Assembly: GCA_963813155.1 (NCBI GenBank)
Contig: CAWEYG010000003.1
Coordinates: forward strand, 704,001-768,000
Length of the DNA stretch: 64,000 nt
Direction of reading: 5' to 3'
Source: an uncultured Acidobacteriota bacterium
Lineage (GTDB): Bacteria; Acidobacteriota; Thermoanaerobaculia; UBA5066; DATFVB01
Below are positions 37,111-45,928 of the stretch, one piece after another. The notes below the pieces were generated by a model, which saw only the letters and a program-made list of their open reading frames with translations, ran no database searches and was not told where the DNA came from. The number at the start of each line of letters is the position of its first letter. Positions within the stretch are counted from its first letter, which is position 1. The translations under genes were made by a program, and so were the position numbers.

Positions 37111-37776
37111 ATGATCCAGCTTCGCAACGTCGAAAAGTCGTTCCCCGCGGGAGGGGGCCGCACGTTCGTTCTGCGGCAGATCGAGCTGGGCGTGGAGGAA
37201 GGCGAGTTCGTCTCGATCATGGGCCCGTCCGGATCCGGAAAGACGACGCTCCTCTCGATTCTCGGCATGCTCGACGCGGACTGGAGCGGCGAGTACGAAT
37301 TCCTCGGCCAGTCCGTCCACCGGATGAAGCCGAAAGAGCGCGCGGAGCTCAACAAGAAGAACATCGGGTTCGTCTTTCAGCAGTACCACCTCCTCGACAA
37401 CCTGACGGTCCGCGAAAATCTCGACGTTCCCCTGTCGTACCGAAACGTCAAATCGTCCGAACGAGCGGCGCTCGTCGCGGACACGCTCGACCGCTTCCGC
37501 ATCGTCGGAAAAAAGGATCTTTTCCCCTCCCAGCTCTCCGGCGGGCAGCAGCAGCTCGTGGGCGTCGCGCGCGCGCTCATCGCGAAACCGAAGCTCATCC
37601 TCGCCGACGAACCGACCGGGAACCTCCACTCCGACCAGGGGCGGGAGATCATGGAGCTGTTTCGCGAATTGAACGCCTCCGGCACGACGATCATCCAGGT
37701 GACCCACTCCGACACGAACGCGGGGTACGGAAACCGGGTCGTCCGCCTCCACGACGGGTGGATCCAACGCGATTGA
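37111..37776 (+). CDS. ABC transporter ATP-binding protein (MacB/LolD-type) #2
   Basis: GPSGSGKTT, GFVFQQYHL, LSGGQQQLVGVARAL, LADEPTGNL, VTHS. SD AAGGAG upstream. Confidence 0.95.
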   Translation: MIQLRNVEKSFPAGGGRTFVLRQIELGVEEGEFVSIMGPSGSGKTTLLSILGMLDADWSGEYEFLGQSVHRMKPKERAELNKKNIGFVFQQYHLLDNLTVRENLDVPLSYRNVKSSERAALVADTLDRFRIVGKKDLFPSQLSGGQQQLVGVARALIAKPKLILADEPTGNLHSDQGREIMELFRELNASGTTIIQVTHSDTNAGYGNRVVRLHDGWIQRD

Positions 37777-37809
37777 CGCGAGCTCTCAAACGCGGAATGC
37801 TCGCGTAGG

Positions 37810-39180
37810 ATGCCGACGACCGGAGAAACCGCGCCCCGCCTGCTCGTGGCCGACGACCAGCCGGCGGTCCTCGAGGCGATCCGACTTCTCGTCAAGCCGG
37901 AGGGCTTTCTCGTGGAAACGGCGGGCTCGCCCGCGGCGGCCCTGGATGCCGCCCGCCACCGGGAGTTCGACGCCGTCCTGATCGACCTCAACTATGCGCG
38001 CGACACGACTTCGGGGCGGGAGGGGCTCGATCTCCTGACCCGGCTTCTCGAGACCGACGAGACGCTTCCCGTGATCGTGATGACCGCCTGGGGCTCGATC
38101 GACCTCGCCGTCGAGGCCGTGCGCCGCGGTGCCCGGGATTTCGTCCAGAAGCCGTGGGACAACGCGCGCCTTGTCGCGACGCTTCGCACCCAGGTCGAGC
38201 TCGGGGCCGCGTTGCGGCGCGGGAGGCGGCTCGAGGCCGAGAACCGTCTTCTGCGGGGCGCCGGCGCGCCGCCGATCGTCGCTCAATCCGCCGCGATGCA
38301 GCCGATCCTGCAGATGGTCGCGCGGGTCGGGCCCACGGAAGCAAATGTCCTCATCACCGGGGAAAGCGGAACGGGAAAGGGACTCATCGCCCAGGCGCTC
38401 CACGCCGCGTCCCGGCGCGCCGCAGCCCCGATGGTCACGATCAACATGGGCGGGCTGCCGGAAGGCGTTTTCGAGAGCGAGCTGTTCGGGCACGTCAAAG
38501 GGGCGTTCACCGACGCGAAAGCCGACCGAATCGGGCGATTCGAGCTCGCCCGCGGCGGAACTCTGTTCCAGGACGAAATCGCGAACCTGACGCTCGCGCA
38601 GCAGGCGCGTCTCCTCCGCGTGATCGAAACCGGCGAGTTCGAGCCCGTGGGATCCTCCCGGACGCGCCGCGCCGACGTGCGAATCCTGTCCGCGACGAAC
38701 GCCGACCTGCGGCAGGAAGTCGCGGCGGGAAAGTTTCGCCAGGACCTGCTGTTCCGCCTCAATACCGTCGAGATCTCGATTCCGCCGCTCCGCGAGCGCC
38801 CGGACGACATCGCCGGCCTCGCGACGCACTTCCTCGGGCTGCACACGGTCCGCCACCGCAAAAAGGCCAACGAACTGGATCCGGCGGCGCTCGACGCGCT
38901 GCGGCGGTATCCCTGGCCCGGAAACGTGCGAGAGCTCGAGCACGTGATCGAGCGCGCAGTCCTGATGTCGGAAGGAGAGCGAATCCGCATTTCCGACCTG
39001 GGGCTCGCCTCCGGGCGCGAGACGGACACCCGCCTCGAGGAAATGGGGCTGGAAGAAATGGAAGCACTGCTGATCCGAAAGGCTCTCGCGCGCCACGAAG
39101 GCAACGTGAGCAAAGCGGCCGACGCGCTCGGCCTCTCGCGAAGCGCGCTGTACCGGCGGCTCCAGCGGCACGGAATGTGA
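37810..39180 (+). CDS. sigma54-dependent response regulator (NtrC family: REC-AAA+-HTH)
   Basis: LLVADD..DLNY receiver, GESGTGKG, ESELFGH..GAFTDA, FRQDLLFRLN, WPGNVREL, Fis-type HTH LGLSRSALYRRL. Confidence 0.95.
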   Translation: MPTTGETAPRLLVADDQPAVLEAIRLLVKPEGFLVETAGSPAAALDAARHREFDAVLIDLNYARDTTSGREGLDLLTRLLETDETLPVIVMTAWGSIDLAVEAVRRGARDFVQKPWDNARLVATLRTQVELGAALRRGRRLEAENRLLRGAGAPPIVAQSAAMQPILQMVARVGPTEANVLITGESGTGKGLIAQALHAASRRAAAPMVTINMGGLPEGVFESELFGHVKGAFTDAKADRIGRFELARGGTLFQDEIANLTLAQQARLLRVIETGEFEPVGSSRTRRADVRILSATNADLRQEVAAGKFRQDLLFRLNTVEISIPPLRERPDDIAGLATHFLGLHTVRHRKKANELDPAALDALRRYPWPGNVRELEHVIERAVLMSEGERIRISDLGLASGRETDTRLEEMGLEEMEALLIRKALARHEGNVSKAADALGLSRSALYRRLQRHGM

Positions 39181-39190
39181 GTCGCAGGCG

Positions 39191-40546
39191 ATGCTGAAGC
39201 GGCCGCGACGCAACCACGAGGGACGGATCTTCGGCCTCGCGCTCGCCGCCGGGCTCCCCGCGATCGCCGGCGCCGGAATCCTTCTGTGGACCGCTCACGC
39301 GGGCCGGGGCCTCGCGTGGACGGTCCTCGCGCTCCTCGCGGGCTCGACCGCGGCGTTCGCGTTCGCGATTCGGAGCCGCGTCGTCCGGACCCTCCAGACG
39401 GTCGCGAACCTGCTCGGCGCGATCCGAGAAGACGACTACTCGATACGGGGAACGATCACGCCGGGCCAGGACGCCTTGAGCCTCGTCTTCTGGGAGATCA
39501 ACGAGCTCGCGGAAACCCTTCGGGGCCGGAGGCTGGGCGAGCTCGAATCCGCCGCCCTCTTGCGCGCGGTCGTCGCGAAGATCGACACGGCGATTTTCAC
39601 GTTCGATTTCGACGCGAACCTGCAATTCGTGAACCGCTCCGCGGAATCGCTCCTCGGAACGCCGGCGGACAGGCTTGTCGGGAAGCGGGCCGCGGACCTC
39701 GGCCTCGCCGAATGGCTCGAGGGCCCCGAGGCGAGGACCGTCGAGCACGTCCTTTCGGTCCCCGGCCGCTGGTCCGTGCGCCGCTCGGCCTTTCGCGAAG
39801 AGGGCCGCCCGCACCACCTCGTCGTCGTCACCGATCTCCGCCAGGCGCTGCGCGAGGAGGAGCGGCAGGCCTGGCAGCGGATCATCCGGGTCCTCGGGCA
39901 CGAGCTGAACAACTCGCTCGCGCCGATCCGCTCGATCGCAGAGAGCCTCCTCTCGGCTTCCGCGAGAACGCCGCGGTCCGCCGACTGGGATGCCGACCTG
40001 GGCCGCGGCCTCGAGGTCATCGGCTCCCGCGCGGCCGCATTGACGCGATTCCTCGAGGGATACCGGCAGCTCGCCCGGCTCCCCGAGCCGCAGCGCCGCC
40101 GGGTCGATCTCGCCGGCCTTCTCCGGCGCGTCGCCGCTCTCGAGAGCCGCGTCCCGGTTCGCGTCGCCGGAGGGCCCGACGTCGTGATCGAGGCGGACGG
40201 AGATCAGCTCGAGCAACTCTTCATCAACCTCCTACGGAACGCCGCCGATGCGGCCCTCGAGACCGGAGGATCGGTAGAGGTCGGGTGGGACCTCGGCCCG
40301 GGCGGGGTCGAAGCGAGCGTCATCGACGACGGACCCGGCATCGCCAGCACGAACAACCTCTTCGTGCCGTTCTACACGACGAAACCGGGAGGCTCGGGGA
40401 TCGGCCTGCTTCTCAGCCGGCAGATCGCCGAGGCGCACGGCGGCTCCCTGACGCTGTCCAACCGCCGCGATGCGACCGGCTGCGTCGCGCGCCTGACGCT
40501 GCCGATCGGGCCCTGGACCCGCACCGGCGACGCCGCCTTTCAGTAG
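39191..40546 (+). CDS. Sensor histidine kinase (2 TM, PAS-like, HisKA, HATPase)
   Basis: Two closely spaced TMs, FVNRSAESLLG PAS-like segment, H-box HELNNSLAPI, NLLRNA, DDGPG, PFYTTKPGGSGIGL. Confidence 0.93.
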   Translation: MLKRPRRNHEGRIFGLALAAGLPAIAGAGILLWTAHAGRGLAWTVLALLAGSTAAFAFAIRSRVVRTLQTVANLLGAIREDDYSIRGTITPGQDALSLVFWEINELAETLRGRRLGELESAALLRAVVAKIDTAIFTFDFDANLQFVNRSAESLLGTPADRLVGKRAADLGLAEWLEGPEARTVEHVLSVPGRWSVRRSAFREEGRPHHLVVVTDLRQALREEERQAWQRIIRVLGHELNNSLAPIRSIAESLLSASARTPRSADWDADLGRGLEVIGSRAAALTRFLEGYRQLARLPEPQRRRVDLAGLLRRVAALESRVPVRVAGGPDVVIEADGDQLEQLFINLLRNAADAALETGGSVEVGWDLGPGGVEASVIDDGPGIASTNNLFVPFYTTKPGGSGIGLLLSRQIAEAHGGSLTLSNRRDATGCVARLTLPIGPWTRTGDAAFQ

Positions 40547-41820
40547 TACGGCTCCCAGATCCAGAAGATGAGCTCCGAAACCCGCGCGAGCAGCCCCCGG
40601 TGCGACCAGTTCGGGTACGTGATCTCCCGGCATTTCTTCATGTCGTCGTTGAACATTTCTTCGATCTGCTGCGCGAACCCCCGGTCGTAGAAGGCGACGC
40701 TCTCTTCCGCGTTCTTCCCCATCGATCGCGTGTCGAAATTGATCGAGCCGATCGTGGAGAAAACGCCGTCGACGACGAAGGATTTCGTGTGCATCATCGT
40801 CGGCTGGTATTCGTAGAACTTGACGCCGGCCTTCAACATCGGCCCGTAGTGGAGCCGCCCCGCGAGCCGCACCATCGGAAGATCGATGTTCATGCCGGGA
40901 ACCATCACCTGCACGTCGACTCCCCTCCGAACCGCCCGGATCAGGGCGTTGCGCGTCTGGCGGTCCGGTAGGAAATAGGCGTTCTGGATGTGGATGCTCT
41001 TTCGGGCCGCCTGGATGCACATGTAGTAGAGCATCTTCGGAAGCGAGGAAGCGTCTCCCCGCGAGGCCTTCATCGCCGCGACGTCGATCTTGCCGGCCGG
41101 CGCGATCTTCGGAAAGAACCTCTCCCCGGCCAGGATTTCGCCCGTCGTGAACGTCCAGTCTTCGGAGAAAATCGCCTGCATCTGCGCCGCGACGGGACCT
41201 TCGACGCGAACCTGCGTGTCGCGCCATTCGGAGGTGGTTCGGGCGTCACCCAGCCACCGCTTGTCGATGCCCAGGCCGCCCGTGTATCCGACCTTTCCGT
41301 CCACGATCAGGAGCTTCCGGTGCGTGCGCTTCCCGATCTTGTAGATCGAGATCAGGCGGATCGGACGGTACACCTTCACGTTCACGCCCGCCTGCTTGAG
41401 CGGTTCCTCGAGGTCGCCCAGGGAGCTCCCGTAGCCGTCAATGAGGAGCCGGACCTCGACGCCTCGCTTCGCCGCGTCGATCATGGCGTCCGCGAACTGG
41501 CGGCCCGCCGCGTCCGGCTGAAAGATGTACGTCTCCAGGTTCACACTCATTTTCGCGGCGCGGATCTCGCGGGTCATCGCCGGGAAGATCTGATCGCCGT
41601 TCTTCAGAAGCTCGGCGGAGTTTCCGCTCGTCATGCTGCTCTCCAGCGTGTCGAGCGAACGGCGGAACTGGGGCTCCTCCACGCCGAAGTCCGGCTTGAA
41701 GTGATAGATCTCCCTCTTCTCCGAAGCGATGACCCCGCGAAGAACGGTGCAGCCCGAAAGGGCAAGAGCCGTTCCGGCGAGGCCGGTGAGCAGCGCGGCG
41801 ACCCGAATCTTCACGAACAT
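40540..41820 (-). CDS. Phospholipase D / cardiolipin-synthase-like protein with lipoprotein signal
   Basis: Two HKD motifs (HRKLLIVDG, HTKSFVVDG), GSINFD. N-terminus ...TALALSGC lipobox. Confidence 0.88.
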   Translation of the reverse strand: MFVKIRVAALLTGLAGTALALSGCTVLRGVIASEKREIYHFKPDFGVEEPQFRRSLDTLESSMTSGNSAELLKNGDQIFPAMTREIRAAKMSVNLETYIFQPDAAGRQFADAMIDAAKRGVEVRLLIDGYGSSLGDLEEPLKQAGVNVKVYRPIRLISIYKIGKRTHRKLLIVDGKVGYTGGLGIDKRWLGDARTTSEWRDTQVRVEGPVAAQMQAIFSEDWTFTTGEILAGERFFPKIAPAGKIDVAAMKASRGDASSLPKMLYYMCIQAARKSIHIQNAYFLPDRQTRNALIRAVRRGVDVQVMVPGMNIDLPMVRLAGRLHYGPMLKAGVKFYEYQPTMMHTKSFVVDGVFSTIGSINFDTRSMGKNAEESVAFYDRGFAQQIEEMFNDDMKKCREITYPNWSHRGLLARVSELIFWIWEPYY

Positions 41821-41860
41821 TCGACAGCCGAAAATAGCAACATTCGTGCCGCCGGAGCGC

Positions 41861-41885
41861 AAAAAAAACCCCGCCGAAGCGGGGT
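41861..41885 (-). terminator. Rho-independent terminator
   Basis: Minus strand ACCCCGC-TTCG-GCGGGGT followed by T7. Confidence 0.85.
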
Positions 41886-41923
41886 CCCGGATCACTCCGG
41901 GCCGCTGGTGATGGCTCCAGCGG

Positions 41924-42280
41924 TCAAGGCATCAGACGGATTTTCTCGATATCGAGCTTGTCCCCCTTCAGGTCGCCGACGATCTGCACTCGCTGGCCAG
42001 CGTAACCGGCGGCCTTCTTCTGGTTCTCGATGTTGTAGGTCTTGTTCGATTCGGTATCGGCGAGCACGTACTTCGCGCCCCCTTCGACGCACGCCTTCGT
42101 ACAGACGGCCGTTGAGTACTGGGCAACGCCCCCGTGTTTTCGCTGCATCTCGGAGTGATCGAGGCCGCACATGCTGTCGCTGATGTAGCCGATGACGGTC
42201 ACGTCATCATGGGCGAGCAGGCTGCCCGCGGCGGCCAGCATGAGTATCGTGACGCCGACGGCGGAAAAAATGCGTTTCAT
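41924..42280 (-). CDS. Small secreted Cys-containing protein (DUF5818-like)
   Basis: SD GGGAGG, signal peptide MKRIFSAVGVTILMLAAAGSLLA, GYISDSMCG..H...CTKACV.GGAKYVL...AGQRVQIVG. Confidence 0.75.
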   Translation of the reverse strand: MKRIFSAVGVTILMLAAAGSLLAHDDVTVIGYISDSMCGLDHSEMQRKHGGVAQYSTAVCTKACVEGGAKYVLADTESNKTYNIENQKKAAGYAGQRVQIVGDLKGDKLDIEKIRLMP

Positions 42281-42788
42281 ACCCGTGTCCTCCCGCGGGT
42301 ATACCGTGCACGATTTGTGCCAGCGAGAGCGAGCGGCGCCTTCGCGGCCGGTAAGGGCCTTCGAACGCGTTTCGGAGGATCTCGACCCGCGCCACCCCGT
42401 TCTCCTCGAGGATCGCGACGACGTCGAACCGGGCCGCAGAGCCAGTCTTCTTGCGTTTCGCGAGATACCATTCCGCCGTGCGCGCAAGGCGCCGCTGCTT
42501 CTCCGGCGTGACGGCCTCCGCCGGATGGCCCATGTTCTCGTCCCGCCGCCATTTCACCTCGACGAAGCAGAGCACGTCCCGCTCCCGCGCGACGACGTCG
42601 ATTTCCCCGATGGGCGTTCGAAAATTTCGCTCGACGATCTCGTAGCCGGCTTCGACGAGCGCGTCGATCGCGAGCGTCTCTCCCCGCTGCCCGACGCCGC
42701 GCAACCCCTCCCACTCGGGCAGGTCGTCTTCGCGGCCGAGCTTCGACAGCGCCTCGCGGATGTATTCGAGCGGAGTCCGCAGCATCAC
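42207..42788 (-). CDS. yraN: YraN / UPF0102 putative endonuclease
   Basis: GQRGE..A, GYEIVERNFR..GEIDVVA, FVEVK, AEAVTPEKQRRL, RFDVVAI. The C-terminal tail overlaps the next gene and may be an artefact. Confidence 0.88.
   Translation of the reverse strand: MMLRTPLEYIREALSKLGREDDLPEWEGLRGVGQRGETLAIDALVEAGYEIVERNFRTPIGEIDVVARERDVLCFVEVKWRRDENMGHPAEAVTPEKQRRLARTAEWYLAKRKKTGSAARFDVVAILEENGVARVEILRNAFEGPYRPRRRRSLSLAQIVHGIPAGGHGYETHFFRRRRHDTHAGRRGQPARP
42307..42322 (-). promoter_or_regulatory. sigma54 -24/-12 promoter for the small secreted protein
   Basis: TGGCACAAATCGTGCA with correct GG-N10-GC spacing, 26 nt before the ATG. Confidence 0.65.
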
Positions 42789-42827
42789 GCCGGATTATCT
42801 CTCTTCGCGTGTTAAACTTCGCGCGCT

Positions 42828-44879
42828 TTGGACGCCGCTTTTCTCGTCTCCGCCATCCGTCAGGGCCTGGCGGAAGCCGTTCGAGTCGCCCTCGAGGGCG
42901 CCTTCGGCGTCACCGACGCGGAGTTCTCCCTCGAACGGCCGCCGAACGTCTCGCAGGGAGACCTGTCGACGACGATCGCCTTCGACCTGGCGAAGCGCCT
43001 TCGGAAGGCTCCGCGCGCGATCGCGGCCGAGCTCGCGCGGACCCTCGTTCTCCCGCCCGGCGTCGCCGGGGCCGCCGTCGAAGGGGCGGGATACCTGAAT
43101 TTCCGCCTCGATCGCGGCGCGTTCGTCGCCGGAATGTTCCGGCCTCGACCCACCGGGGTCGCGGAACCGCCGGCCCGCGCCGGCAAAGTCATCGTCGAGC
43201 ACACGAACATCAACCCCAACAAGGCCGCTCACATCGGCCACCTTCGCAATGCCGTCCTCGGCGACACTCTCGTGCGCTGTCTCCGGCATGCCGGCCGCGA
43301 GGTGGAAGTGCAGAACTACATCGACGACACGGGCGTCCAGGTGGCCGACGTGGTCGTCGGCTTTCTCGACGTCCGGCGATGGACGCTCGAACAGATCGAG
43401 GATGCGATCCGGAGCCCCGCCGCGAGCGGCGCGAGATATCGGACGTTCGGCGACCTCTGCTGGGACGTGTATGCCGACGTGGGGCGCGAGTACGAGCAGC
43501 GCCCCGAGACGAAGGGCCTTCGGGCGGAGACGCTCCATGCGATGGAAGAGGGGGGCAACCTCCGATCCGCGTCGGCCGAGAAAATCGCCGCGGCGATCGT
43601 CGCGGAACACGTCGCGACGATGGGCCGGATCGGGGTCGCCTACGATCTCCTTCCCCGCGAATCCGACATCCTCAAGAAGCATTTCTGGGTTCGCGCCTTC
43701 TCTCTCCTGAAGGAGCGGGACGCGATCGCCCTCGAAAGCGAGGGCCGCCACGCCGGCTGCTGGGTCATGAGACTGTCCGCCTCGGAAGCCTTTGCCGGTC
43801 TCGACGAGCCGGACAAGATTCTCGTCCGCAGCAACGGAACCGTCACGTACACCGGCAAGGACATCGCCTACCAGCTCTGGAAGTTCGGACGCCTGGGGCT
43901 CGACTTCGACTATGCGCCGTACGAACCCGACTGGTCGGCCGGGCGCGGGGGCGCGGGGGCCGTTCCGGACGAAGTCCGGCGTCACCCGGTCTGGCAGACG
44001 TCAACCGGCGCCCCGCCGTCGTCGCCCGGCTTCGGCTCGGCCGCGAGAGTCTTCAACGTGATCGACGTCCGCCAGTCCTACCCCCAGAAGGTCGTTCAGG
44101 AAGGACTGAGGGTCCTCGGTTTCGGCGACGAGGCCGACGCGTCGGTGCACTTCGCGTACGAGATGGTCGCCCTGACACCGGGAACGGTGCGCCGGCTCCA
44201 CGACGTCTACGGAGACGAGTACCGCCTCTCCGAAGAAGACGAAAAGAAAGCATTCGTCGAGATGTCGGGGCGGAAGGGACAGGGCGTCAAGGCGCACGAC
44301 CTGCTCGAGACGATGGTCGAACAGGCGCTCGCCCAGATCCGGGAGCGGGATCCCGCCCTCGCGCCCGGCGAGGCGGAAGTCCGGGCTCGCGAGATCGCCG
44401 TCGGCGCCCTCCGGTATTTCATGCTGAAGTTCGGCCGCAACAAGATCCTCGCGTTCGATTTCGATGAGGCCTTGAACTTCGAGGGCGACACCGGGCCGTA
44501 CCTCCAGTATTCGGTCGTGCGGGCCGAGAACATCTTTCGGAAGCTCGAGGGAATGGGAATCGCCGCGGCTGTCGACCCGGGCTCGCTGGACCGGCTCGCC
44601 GCCGCGGACTGGCCCGACGACCTCTGGGAGATCTTTCTCGAGGTCTCCCGGATCACGGAAGTCGTCGAACGGGCCCTCTCGTCGCTCGAGCTGGCGGCCG
44701 TCGCGAGGCACGCCTTCTCGCTCGCGCAGCTCTTTTCCCAGTTCTACCACCGGCACCCGATCGCGCAGGAACGCGACGAGGTCCTCCGCGCGCAGAAAGT
44801 CGCCGCGGCGCGGGCCTTCCACTCCGGGCTCGGGCTCCTTTTATCGCTTCTGGGAATCCCCTCGCCCGAAAAGATGTAG
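42828..44879 (+). CDS. argS: Arginine--tRNA ligase
   Basis: GAGYLNF, EHTNINPNKAAHIGHLRN (HIGH), YIDDTGVQ, MSGRKG, EGDTGPYLQYS, DALR-type C-terminal domain. Confidence 0.96.
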   Translation: MDAAFLVSAIRQGLAEAVRVALEGAFGVTDAEFSLERPPNVSQGDLSTTIAFDLAKRLRKAPRAIAAELARTLVLPPGVAGAAVEGAGYLNFRLDRGAFVAGMFRPRPTGVAEPPARAGKVIVEHTNINPNKAAHIGHLRNAVLGDTLVRCLRHAGREVEVQNYIDDTGVQVADVVVGFLDVRRWTLEQIEDAIRSPAASGARYRTFGDLCWDVYADVGREYEQRPETKGLRAETLHAMEEGGNLRSASAEKIAAAIVAEHVATMGRIGVAYDLLPRESDILKKHFWVRAFSLLKERDAIALESEGRHAGCWVMRLSASEAFAGLDEPDKILVRSNGTVTYTGKDIAYQLWKFGRLGLDFDYAPYEPDWSAGRGGAGAVPDEVRRHPVWQTSTGAPPSSPGFGSAARVFNVIDVRQSYPQKVVQEGLRVLGFGDEADASVHFAYEMVALTPGTVRRLHDVYGDEYRLSEEDEKKAFVEMSGRKGQGVKAHDLLETMVEQALAQIRERDPALAPGEAEVRAREIAVGALRYFMLKFGRNKILAFDFDEALNFEGDTGPYLQYSVVRAENIFRKLEGMGIAAAVDPGSLDRLAAADWPDDLWEIFLEVSRITEVVERALSSLELAAVARHAFSLAQLFSQFYHRHPIAQERDEVLRAQKVAAARAFHSGLGLLLSLLGIPSPEKM

Positions 44880-45170
44880 CCCCGGCAGGACCTTCCCGCC
44901 CGCGAACCGCGCGACGACGGGCGCGAGCTTCAAAAGCCATTTCGCCGATCGAAAGCCTCGGCGCAGGGAGGTCATCCGCAGAACCGCGGCCGAGGTCAGC
45001 AACGCGAGGCCGCCCCACTTGAGTGAATTGCCCGCCTTCTCGAGGCCCGACGTGAGATCGGCCGCGCCCTGCCGGGTCGCGAACTCGAGTTCCCGGAAAC
45101 GTCGGCCGACGCGGTCGCGTTCGCTCGCGCCCGCGGCGATCCACCGGCTCCACTTCTCCTCGGAGCTCAT
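44841..45170 (-). CDS. Hypothetical membrane protein (YqjK-like position)
   Basis: ATGA overlap with the holin-like gene and one hydrophobic segment. 3' end overlaps the end of argS convergently. Confidence 0.5.
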   Translation of the reverse strand: MSSEEKWSRWIAAGASERDRVGRRFRELEFATRQGAADLTSGLEKAGNSLKWGGLALLTSAAVLRMTSLRRGFRSAKWLLKLAPVVARFAGGKVLPGLHLFGRGDSQKR

Positions 45171-45580
45171 TGCTCCCCTCCGGTCCAGGACTCGAAATCC
45201 TTCCGGATCTCGCCCGCAGTCCGTTCGAACATCGGCCGGGACAGGCGGCTCCGAAGAGCGGCGAAGACCAGGCCGGCGGCGGAGAGAACGCAGATTCCGA
45301 AGCTCGCGAACACCGCCGCAATCAGGCTTCTGAACCAGAGATCCAGGAGAAGAACGACGCCGACGAGCAGGAAAACGAGAGCGAGGAACGACAGCGCCGC
45401 CGCTGTCGCGAAAAGGGCGACGCGGACGAGGGCAAAGCGGCTCCACTCCTTCGCCTCGCTCTTGGCCATCTCCCAGCGGAGAAAGCCGAGCGAGCCCAGG
45501 GCCGAAAGGAATGCGGCGAGCGAGCGCTTCCACTCCTGCCAGGTCCCGTCGGGGACCTCGGGAATCTCGTCCGATTCCAC
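45167..45580 (-). CDS. Phage-holin-family / YqjE-like membrane protein
   Basis: RWEMAKSEAKE, two TMs, PMFERTAGEIRKDFE. Start uncertain. Confidence 0.7.
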   Translation of the reverse strand: MESDEIPEVPDGTWQEWKRSLAAFLSALGSLGFLRWEMAKSEAKEWSRFALVRVALFATAAALSFLALVFLLVGVVLLLDLWFRSLIAAVFASFGICVLSAAGLVFAALRSRLSRPMFERTAGEIRKDFESWTGGEQ

Positions 45581-45591
45581 GTCCGGCTCGA

Positions 45592-45906
45592 TCAATCGCG
45601 CGACGTGGCGACCACGACGGCGGCGATCGCGGCGATCGCGGCGGCGGCGACCCAGATCCTCCACGAGGATCGGCGCCGCCGGCGCGAAGTTCCCGTGAGG
45701 AGGGGCAGGCCGTATTCGCGCGCGAGCTCCGCCCCGTGGCGCGCCGCCAGCGCGAGCAGCTCGGCCCCTTCGTGCTTCGCCTCGCCGAGCAAACGGTTCG
45801 CGCGGGCCGCCGCGTCGGTGCGGACGTCTTCGTACCGTTCCGCGACGTCGCCCCGGCTCAGCAGCGCGCCGGATGCTTGGCCCAGAATCTCCGTCAGAGT
45901 TGCCAT
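45592..45906 (-). CDS. Helical protein with C-terminal TM anchor (YqjD/DUF883-like position)
   Basis: SD GGAGG, Ala-rich helix, RRRRR followed by a TM. TATGAT -10 upstream. Confidence 0.55.
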   Translation of the reverse strand: MATLTEILGQASGALLSRGDVAERYEDVRTDAAARANRLLGEAKHEGAELLALAARHGAELAREYGLPLLTGTSRRRRRSSWRIWVAAAAIAAIAAVVVATSRD

Positions 45907-45928
45907 CCCAAATGCCTCCGAACCCGAA

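Noticed and set aside
42207-42330. Functional C-terminal extension of YraN
   Set aside because: It overlaps the promoter, SD and start of the next gene and is probably run-on or an indel artefact.
45167-45580. Prophage lysis gene
   Set aside because: The holin-like family is common in non-phage operons, and there is no endolysin or other phage gene nearby.
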